A stretch of 62,843 nt of DNA, filler included, from Barthelona sp. PAP020 (Eukaryota), in NCBI GenBank assembly GCA_040182905.1. It is 4 parts of 4 records of this genome, joined end to end, with 100 filler letters (N's around TTAATTAATTAA, not from the genome) between each part and the next. Parts side by side here need not be neighbours in the genome. Positions count along the whole stretch, not along the records: positions 1 to 15,782 come from JARQWU010000276.1; positions 15,883 to 31,517 come from JARQWU010000277.1; 2 more parts are not named here. One strand, given 5' to 3'. The notes beneath the pieces were generated by a model. The model worked only from the letters and a program-made list of their open reading frames with translations. It was not told where the DNA came from and searched no databases. Below, one piece after another: positions 10,560 to 19,600 of the stretch. How positions within the stretch are numbered: the first letter of the stretch is position 1; every line of letters begins with the position of its first letter. A program made the position numbers and the translations under genes.

Positions 10560-10895
10560 ACTTTTCCGTAAAGAGACTCCATAAAACATCCCAATTGAGT
10601 GACGACAGCAAACACTCAAAACTGATATCAACTGGTTGGTAAGTTGGAAGACACAAGACTTATTTGAGAAACATAAAGAATCGTTCTCAAAATACTTATT
10701 CGTGATCCTCATATCGAACATTTACCGTTATTTTTTTTTTTAGGAAGTAGATGTGAGGGTCACAGCGTCTCAGAATCGTCAGACGATGAGAACAATCAGA
10801 CGAGCGTTCGCATATAAAATCCCTCAATTCCCCCACCCCCACGGATGGTTTAATGAAGTCATAAATAAAATAAAAAAATTTAACAACGGAAAAAT
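10560..10895. mobile_element. Multi-copy element of about 335 bp with short terminal inverted repeats (MITE-like or structured RNA)
   Basis: Ends are acttttccgt ... acggaaaaat. 10788-10893 is identical to 15883-15988 on another contig. Several internal hairpins. Confidence 0.55.
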
Positions 10896-10931
10896 TCTGT
10901 TTTAGAATCTCTTTTTTTAAATGTTTATATT

Positions 10932-12983
10932 ATGGGGAAAATAATTTCCAAATTAGGATATGTACAGCAAGAACAAGAATATGTAACAATATTTCAAGAA
11001 ATATACTGTGGTTATGAAAAGAATGATAAAAATCAAACATCTGTGTCTATATTTGTTCCAAAGAAAGATTTAAATGATTACACTGTTAGTAGTGCATTTT
11101 TAAGATCAATTGACAATTCCAATACTTTGAAGAAAAATAACAACATTCATATTTTACCTATATTAGCGTCTCATATTCAAAATGACACAATAATTTACAT
11201 TACTCCACATTGTAAACCTTTGAATGAGTTAGATTTTACTTCATTTACAACTTCTCAATTGATTTTTGGTGTACATTGTATTGCAAGAGCATTATTATTG
11301 ATAAAACAAAATAACTTAGCATTTTGTAATCTAGGATTTCGGTCGGTTTTTGTATTAGACAACAATATTTGGTGTTTGCATCATTTGTTTGGATGTTTGG
11401 GATGCAATGATTCAATGGAGAACATTGTTCATTTTGTACCACCTCATCTTAAGGATACAATTGATTTGCCTCATGCTATAGATGATATACCGTGTGTTGA
11501 TATTGATAGCATGATGTTCGGTCAGTTTATTTTAGACATCTTTTTTGAAAGCAGACAAGAGATACCAAAATGGTTGAATAGTATAGCAAAAAAGTTCATA
11601 AATAATAAATATTCAATAGAAGATTGGTTTGTAAAGGTAGAGAATATCAGTATTGAAGTTCACTTGTTTGAAAGCATTTTTTACCCGAAGAGTAACAATT
11701 TGACTAAAGAAAAAGGGTTTGATATTGTCGAAATACGAAACAATCAATTTTTGCTTCAATTTTTTCGGCAATCGATTGACATTTTGCTTGAGAAGGAAAT
11801 GTTTGACATAATTTTTGAATTTTTGAACTTACAGCAATATGAAATTGAATTTTTGGAAAGTTTTTTCATCAAATTTTTCAAAGAAAAACGATCCATCAAA
11901 GGATATCAAACGTGTTTGAAAAGTTTTGATGAATATTTGAGAATTTTGTCTGATCAATTCGTTAAAAAAAATATTTGTGATTTTGTCGAGGATTTAGCAG
12001 ATATTCATGAAAATTCCAAACAAATTAACATATTTTTACAATTTTTTTCAAAAATTCACGAATATTTGTCCGATAAAAAATTTCAAAAAATTTTTCAACG
12101 AAAAATTATTCCTTTTTTAAATTCAACGCAACCTATTATAAAGAGTAACACAATTGTTACAATAAATCACGTTTTTTCCAGATTAAATCATGATATCCGA
12201 AGAGAAATTCTTGTTTTGAACATTATTCCACATTTAAATTCAAACATTTCCCATTTACAAAAAATTTGTGTAAAATTCGTGGAAAAAACATGGAATGAAA
12301 TGGAACCAATTATTTTATCGCATTCTTTATTGCCTACATTATCCAGAACTCTTCCTTTTATTGATAACAAAGAAATGTTATTGGCAATCAATACTTTGTT
12401 ACAGTTGGTTGCTGAAAAAATTTTCCAATATTCAAAAGACTTCATTGGATTGGCACCTAATGATATTCGTATGGAATTGTCACATAATGATTGGCAAAAA
12501 CAATTGAATTATCCCGAAATTGCTACTTTTTGGATTAATCCTGATTTGGTTGGAACAATTGAAAATAAACCGCATATAAATGAAGAGTCACAATTGTTAA
12601 CTCCAGAAATACTGAAAAAAAAACCTTCTTCATCTATAACTACAGAATTTCATTCTCAAAAATCAAAGAAAACTGTTGAAGAGTTACAATCAACTGGAAA
12701 AAACAGTCACCACGTTAGAAATATTACCAATACGCTGAATGATCAAAAAGCACTTGATATTGTTGTTCCAAACAAAATTGAATTACAGAAACAGATTTCA
12801 ACCATTGAAAAGAAGAAAGAAGAAAAAATTTATGAGGAAGAAAGCATCAATGACATGAATGAAAACGATGATTCTGATAATTCCGATGCTGAAACAAAAA
12901 CTCCTAAAAATGCAGTTAGAGTAGTCAAGAACAAAACCTCTGGTAGAAGGAGAAAACGTCTTGGAGCTGTTAAATTGAATTGA
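10932..12983 (+). CDS. SCY1-like pseudokinase with HEAT repeats (SCYL1/CEX1-like)
   Basis: Degenerate N-terminal kinase fold, HEAT segment IKSNTIVTINHVF, and C-terminal KRLGAVKLN resembling SCYL1 KLGARKLD. Confidence 0.65.
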   Translation: MGKIISKLGYVQQEQEYVTIFQEIYCGYEKNDKNQTSVSIFVPKKDLNDYTVSSAFLRSIDNSNTLKKNNNIHILPILASHIQNDTIIYITPHCKPLNELDFTSFTTSQLIFGVHCIARALLLIKQNNLAFCNLGFRSVFVLDNNIWCLHHLFGCLGCNDSMENIVHFVPPHLKDTIDLPHAIDDIPCVDIDSMMFGQFILDIFFESRQEIPKWLNSIAKKFINNKYSIEDWFVKVENISIEVHLFESIFYPKSNNLTKEKGFDIVEIRNNQFLLQFFRQSIDILLEKEMFDIIFEFLNLQQYEIEFLESFFIKFFKEKRSIKGYQTCLKSFDEYLRILSDQFVKKNICDFVEDLADIHENSKQINIFLQFFSKIHEYLSDKKFQKIFQRKIIPFLNSTQPIIKSNTIVTINHVFSRLNHDIRREILVLNIIPHLNSNISHLQKICVKFVEKTWNEMEPIILSHSLLPTLSRTLPFIDNKEMLLAINTLLQLVAEKIFQYSKDFIGLAPNDIRMELSHNDWQKQLNYPEIATFWINPDLVGTIENKPHINEESQLLTPEILKKKPSSSITTEFHSQKSKKTVEELQSTGKNSHHVRNITNTLNDQKALDIVVPNKIELQKQISTIEKKKEEKIYEEESINDMNENDDSDNSDAETKTPKNAVRVVKNKTSGRRRKRLGAVKLN

Positions 12984-13149
12984 AAGAATCAGTTGAGTGT
13001 TAACCGTGAAAAAATAAAGATCAATTTTTTGTGTTTTTGTTCTTTTTTTTTGTGATGAAAAGCCTCCAAAACTTATCGTGAACATATTTCTAAGAATTAT
13101 AGGCAAGAAAAAGGAAAAGGAAAAATGAATAAAAATTATAACCTGAAAG

Positions 13150-14190
13150 CTACATATAACTCAACAAAATTTCAATCACAACTACAAAATTCTTCTCTTT
13201 TGCAACATCAAAAGCCTTACGACCATCTGTTGAAGCAATGTTGGGATCTGCCCCATGTATCAATAATTCGCTAACAACATCAATGTTGTTCATTTCACAT
13301 GCAACCCACAAAGGAGTTTCATGATTTATTCCAGCTTTATTTATTTCTGCACCTTGATCCAAAAGAAAACGTACTACATTCAAATGATTGTTTTGGCATG
13401 CTATATACAACGGTGACGTATTATCTTTATCAGACAAATTAATGTCTGCACCATATTGAATCAAAAGCTTAACGATATCAAAATTACCCTGTTGTGAAGC
13501 AATATACAAAGAAGAAGCACCTTCTGCATCACAAATATCAACACTTGCATTAAATTCAAGCAAATTTTGAACTATATGATGGAAACCAAAATATGAAGCA
13601 AAATAAAGGGCAAAAAAGCCATCAAAATCGTGATGATCAATGAAAGCACCATGATTCAATAAAAGATCAACAACATCAGCATTTCCTTTAAAACTTGCTG
13701 ATAACAATGCATTGCGACCAAATTTATTGCACAAATCAATACCAGCACCAAAGTCTAATAGAATCTCAACTATTTCAGTATATCCATAGTAACTCGCTAT
13801 TATTAAAGCTGTATCACTAAAATTAGTTCTGTGATCAATTTCAGCACCAGCTTTCAAACAACACTTGACCTCTTCAAAATTACCCTCTTCAGCAGCCATA
13901 AACAATTTACTCTTATTATTTTCTCCACTTATTGTAATATCAAATCCTTCAGGAATAAATACTTTTTCCATTTCATATTTTTGGTTCAATTCATTGAGAG
14001 GTTTCATATGTTGTGTAAAATTATTCAATTTGGGCAATAAATTAATGTTTAAAGGAATATTTGCATTACCATCAGATAAAGAATCAAGTTCTATTCCCAT
14101 TGAGTTATCATTTGATAGCCCCAAAACAACAACAAATGAAAGATATGATAAATATGAAATTAAACTCAAAATTTTAAATCGAACACTCAT
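13150..14190 (-). CDS. Ankyrin-repeat protein with lineage-specific N-cap motif
   Basis: About 8 ankyrin repeats (e.g. SPLYIACQNNHLNVVRFLLDQGA). Start is ATG 14190 (hydrophobic leader) or 14100. Confidence 0.9.
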   Translation of the reverse strand: MSVRFKILSLISYLSYLSFVVVLGLSNDNSMGIELDSLSDGNANIPLNINLLPKLNNFTQHMKPLNELNQKYEMEKVFIPEGFDITISGENNKSKLFMAAEEGNFEEVKCCLKAGAEIDHRTNFSDTALIIASYYGYTEIVEILLDFGAGIDLCNKFGRNALLSASFKGNADVVDLLLNHGAFIDHHDFDGFFALYFASYFGFHHIVQNLLEFNASVDICDAEGASSLYIASQQGNFDIVKLLIQYGADINLSDKDNTSPLYIACQNNHLNVVRFLLDQGAEINKAGINHETPLWVACEMNNIDVVSELLIHGADPNIASTDGRKAFDVAKEKNFVVVIEILLSYM

Positions 14191-14576
14191 TGATGAAAGA
14201 ATCAAACAAAAAAATAGAAAATGAATGAAATGAATTTGAAGACAAATTCAGTTTTTAAATGATTAAAAAGAAGTAATTTATCTAATTATTCACAGTATAA
14301 TGAAGAATTTCTCAAAAAAAAGTGAAAATACTTTGTTTTATTCTATTTACTCCTGTTGGTTCTTTCTTTCATAATACTCTTAAAATATCCAATGTATATC
14401 ATCAAAATGATAAGAACAAATATAAGACAAAAACAAAAGAAACAGGCAACCATTCTTCTTATCAAAACCTTTTTTATTTAAATTGTAAAATCACTCAGTT
14501 ATTTACCTCATTTACATTTTGATAAATCAAATAGAAAGTGCAATGGTAAACTGTCCAAAATAACAGCAAGCATAAA

Positions 14577-15558
14577 TTATTTAACTTGAGAAGTGACCAT
14601 TGTGTTTGAAAAACAACACGAACATGAATTAAATGATGAAATGAAAATCTGTTTTAAATTAACAAGTGGAAAAAGATGAAACCTGAAATCACCGCATAAA
14701 TTAAAAATACAATGAGGAGTTTTACAGGTCTGAAGCATTGAATTCTTGCATTGGGACATTCTTCCAATTATTGTGACCGCTACACAAGACACAGATTCCA
14801 TCATAGTTGAGCGCCATCACATAAATCACAAAAGATATGTCTAGTTTCTGCAGCATTTGACCTGTTTCTCTTTGAATCACAGCAAATAATTTATCAGCCA
14901 AACCAGAATAGATCAATAAGCTCTTCATACGTTTCCAATGAAAACAACTTTCAACTTCCATCATCGCTGATAGATTTAAAATACTTCATATCAGGGATAA
15001 TGCATAGAGAGTGAACAATATTCTTATGGCCCTTGAGATTCATTCAATTTCTGTTCTTTTACCATATATATGGCGACATAACCTTAATTCATACCAAAAG
15101 AAAGCAATTTGTCATCTAATGGGAACCATAGATACGCTACATACTTAGCCATGCTACTAATCACTCTTACTGTTCTCCAAGTATCAACTTTAATGATATG
15201 AATTGTTGGAACTTCATTGCTACAACCACCAACAGCCAACAGCTTGGAGACCATTTGCATTTATAGAAACTCCTTTATGCACAATTTAATGTGTTTCAGT
15301 GCTGTAGACTCTGTGATATTCAGCAAAATATTCTGCAATTGTAATCAAGGGCTAATACGTTAGTATCACGAAAATCTCACCAAACACATGCTTCTCTTCA
15401 AATCTTTCCACTGCCCAAACAATTTGCTTTATATTAACAACTGTTGATTTTCCGTTATTGTTGTTTATAAGCTCATTTGATTGGCTTTTTAAATGATTGA
15501 TTTGATTTGTTAATTCTTGTTTTTTCAATCTTCCCTTTTGTTTTTCCTTTTTCAACAT
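14577..15558 (-). pseudogene. Degraded WD40-repeat gene
   Basis: Fragments in shifting frames: YKCKWSP / KLLAVGGCSNEVPTIHIIKVDTW and NLKGHKNIVHSLCIIPDMKYFKSISDDGS*KLFSLET, with stops and frameshifts. Confidence 0.6.
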
Positions 15559-15686
15559 AGTTTAAAAATTAACAACTTATTTTATCAAACTCTGAAACCT
15601 TTTTTCATAAATTTTAAAAAACAAAATTTTTTGAATTGATTTCTTTTGAAAATAAATATATTTGTATTGATTATATTTTTTGCAAA

Positions 15687-15782
15687 TTATTTCCAAGCCA
15701 AGAAGCACTGTGCGTATGAGTGAATAAGAAAGAATAGTGTTTATTTGGTTAAAGGCTTTCGAGGCCCGATTGATCTGTTGAA
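15687..15782 (+). repeat. Dispersed repeat, copy A (runs off contig end)
   Basis: 96 nt matching the reverse complement of 33378-33473 with 3 mismatches. Confidence 0.9.
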
Positions 15783-15882
15783 NNNNNNNNNNNNNNNNNN
15801 NNNNNNNNNNNNNNNNNNNNNNNNNNTTAATTAATTAANNNNNNNNNNNNNNNNNNNNNNNNNNNNNNNNNNNNNNNNNNNN
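15783..15882. other. Artificial contig spacer
   Basis: 100 nt of N with a central TTAATTAATTAA all-frame stop. Confidence 0.98.
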
Positions 15883-15990
15883 GAGAACAATCAGACGAGC
15901 GTTCGCATATAAAATCCCTCAATTCCCCCACCCCCACGGATGGTTTAATGAAGTCATAAATAAAATAAAAAAATTTAACAACGGAAAAGT
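15883..15990 (+). repeat. Right end of a second copy of the 10560-10895 element (truncated by contig start)
   Basis: 106 nt identical to 10788-10893. Ends acggaaaagt, the exact reverse complement of the left end acttttccgt at 10560. Confidence 0.9.
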
Positions 15991-16656
15991 AGAAGTGATT
16001 TTAAAAACAATTATTCTAAAGGAAATTTCCTTTATTATTTCTTTTAACATTTGAAGAAGCAAAGTTTTGTATATTTCCATTGAATGAAACTAGAGAAAAT
16101 TGAAAACTAACACACATTAAATTTGAAAAATTGGGTAAATGTTTATCCCTCCTTTGCCATAAAGAATAAACTTCAAGTTTTTTACTGCAAAATTTTAAAG
16201 TTTAGATAAGTCTGTTAGCCTTCAAAAGCTGAAAGTCTTTTTCAGAACCACACATTTCCTTTTGTTCACTAATACACGCAGGGCTTTTTTGTTTGGTTAT
16301 GACACTTTGTGAATAACCATTATTATATGTAAATATAATTAATTTGATAAAATTATGAAGTCTCCAATTATTAACCATTTATATTTTTGTGAATTGAATA
16401 AAATTACCATTAATTATTTTAAAAAGCTAAATAACACAGTTTTTCAAGTTATTCAATACGATAAAAATTTATTTTTTTATGAATATTTCTAAAATCAAGA
16501 AGAAAATGGGTGAACTACATTAAAAATTTTCAATGATTATGATTTTTATCAATTAAAGATGCAATAAAGGTATATAAAAACAGTGATATTGAAATTAGAA
16601 TTGAAATTTTTTTTTGATCAGAAAAGTGTTATTAATAATTTCTTTTTAATAATTGA

Positions 16657-19600
16657 ATGGGTGTTAGAGGGTTATTGACGCATTTACAAACGGTTAATCC
16701 TTTTATAATGAAAGATTTAACAAAGGAACAATCTTCGTATCAAATTGTCATTGATGGATCAAATTTGGCGTTTATAATGTTTAATCAATATACTTTAGAG
16801 AGCGATCGTCCATTTTTGAAGACTGTTGCGGGATTTTCTTTTCGAGAATTTTCCAATTATGTTTATTGTTTTTTTCACAACTTATATGAGCATGTTAAAG
16901 ATTTAACGATATATTTAGTCCGTGATTCCTCCAAATCAAATTTTAAATTTAGTGGAGGTTATGATTTTTTGTTGCAAAAACAATATACTTATTTACAAAG
17001 AGTTGAAAAGGCTCAAGAATACATCAAAGCAAATGATTCTTCACATGGAATTAATGTTAAAGATATGACAAAACTGGTTCCTAAAGAGCAATGGCTGAGT
17101 CCCAATTTATTGCAAGAAGAATTTATGATGGCCATTTATAAAGTAATGGATGATCATAAACTAATTATTAAACCATCTGAAGGAGATGCTGATATCTTCA
17201 TTGTTCAATTATATAAGGAATTGAAAGCTGATATTTTACTTTCAAACGATTCTGATTTTTTATTATTTAGAAATATTAATTATGTGCCTTTATACAGTAT
17301 TTTTGAGGGCCTACCTTTTTTAAAAGTGGTAAACAGTGATGAATTTATAAAGACCAATAATTTAACGCGAAGTCAAATGATAGCTGTTTGTTTGTTATTG
17401 GGTAATGATCATACTCAAGTTTTGATGCAAAAATTGAATATGCATGGCTTAATAATGAAGTATTTAAAGACTATTGGGAATGATGAAGCTATTTCTGTTT
17501 CGACGGAAAAGCATGAAAGTTGTAATCGGGCTATGATGCAATCTTCTGCTTTTTTGCAAGCCATTGATTTTTTGAAGAGTTCATTCCCTTCAAATTTTGA
17601 AACTTTGGACAGGAACAGTTTCTATCTATTTCTACGGAAACTACTACCCTATATGACTAATGAAGATGAATTTACGTTAAAAGAAGCAATTGAATATTGT
17701 TTCATGGCTTATGAACTGGAAGTTAGTCAACATTTCAAGGGTCAAGTTGAAATGTCCGTGTCCATGATGAATTTGAGAGCAAAAACAAATGTTTTTGTTT
17801 GTCATGTTGGATATGAAGCGTTAGAAGGTTACGTTTCGTTAGGAGAATTGTTGAGGCCTTTAGTTTCAGTTCAATTAGGTTTACAGAATCGTAGAAGCAC
17901 CACATATATTTATCGAGCTGCGAATTCATTGAATTTGATTGAAGAAGAACTTCTAGCAGATTCTAAGTTTTCTCAGTACAATTTTGATTCATCTGATCCT
18001 TGGGAAGGTTTTTTTGACATAATACATTGCAATGATTTGGCTGTTCGAACTGCATCTACTGACCCTCTTTTCAACATTAGTGATATGCAAACTGTTGTAT
18101 TTGGTTGTATGATTCGTTATATACAAAGTTTCAAGGCTTCTTACCTAGCTTTAGATGATATGAATACTGAAGATCACGATTTTGATGACTTTGATCTGGA
18201 TGACTTGTTAGCTTTTGATGAAGCAAACATGGATCAGTTTACTCGATCTGTTTTTGATGAATCAATTATTGATGCTCTATTATGTCAATTTATTTGGTTA
18301 AAACATGAAGATGCTTATCCATTTGAACGAAAATTGGATGGCTTTGTGAAATCTTCAACCACAACAGCTATTTATCAATTCTGTGGACTCATTAAATTAG
18401 TGTTTAAGATTATTTCTCTGCTTGAATTACGTTTAGATTTCGGTACCTCTGATATATTTGATGCGGCTTTGTTTTCAAGGATTCACTCTGGTGAGTTGGC
18501 CTTACCATTGGATTTAGTTAACAAGAAAATGGACTTAATTGATGCTTTAGGGCGTTCTGCTGAGGTATATGATTTCGTTCCTGAAGAATGGGGTTTGTCA
18601 GCGGATGTTCAATCTTTTGATATGAAACTGACGAAGTTACCGATTGATGTTCATGCCACTGCAATCAAACAAACAATTGATGCACATCGAGTGACAATTT
18701 TGAAGGGCTCCACAGGATCCGGTAAATCAAGTCGTATTCCTCAAATTATTTTGGATAATGAACCAACAGCTAAGATCCTTGTTACTCAACCTCGACGTTT
18801 GGCGGCAGTTTCTTTGGCTAGACATGTTGCTTTGACACGAGGTTGTGATCTTGGTCGTGAAGTTGGTTACATGATTGGTGGTAATGCCTGCATATCCAAC
18901 ATTACTCAAATATGTTATGTTACGACAGGATTTTTAATACAAATGATAGGTCATCGTATGGATCGACTTGATGAATACACACATATTGTTCTTGATGAAG
19001 TTCATGAGAACGATGCGGATATGGATTTGTTACTAGCACATTTAAAGCTTTTACTGGATCTTGGCGAACGTAATATTGAGTTATTGATTGAAAAAGGGGA
19101 AATATCCTCTGTTGTTGGGCAATTAATTCAAAAATTGAAATTTAAGTTGATCGTGATGTCTGCAACACTAACATTAGATTCTTGGATGAATTATTTTAAA
19201 CATCAATCCATTTCAGACCCAATTTTGATAGATGCCAGAAAATTCAATGTTAAATCATTGTATTTGAAGGACATCATTCGTATTTTGCCAAAGAAAGAGC
19301 AATTATATTTTAAACAGCATTTGATGAACATTTCCAAAACTACATCAGTTGAGGTATCTCCTGAATTGATTTCATTGGAATCATTGGAACTCTGTTTAAT
19401 GTTAATGCGTCAAATTGTCAGTGCCGAAGAAAGAAAAGCAAAAACCAAAAATGTTAATTCTTTGGAACGATTGAGTGATTGGTTGATTTTTCTGCCCGGT
19501 TTAAGAGAGTTCATGTTGTTTGATTTGATATTTAAGCGGTTTGAGTTCAACAACGCTCATGTTTTTTATTTACATTCGCAAATTGATATTTTGACCGACC

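Noticed and set aside
10620..10715. U1-like motifs (ACTTACC, GATCACGAA) on the minus strand
   Set aside because: Wrong order and no Sm site at the expected position.
10760..10805. Hammerhead ribozyme on the minus strand (GTC...CTGACGA-ttct-GAGAC)
   Set aside because: GAAA is GAGA, stem II is absent and stem I is out of register.
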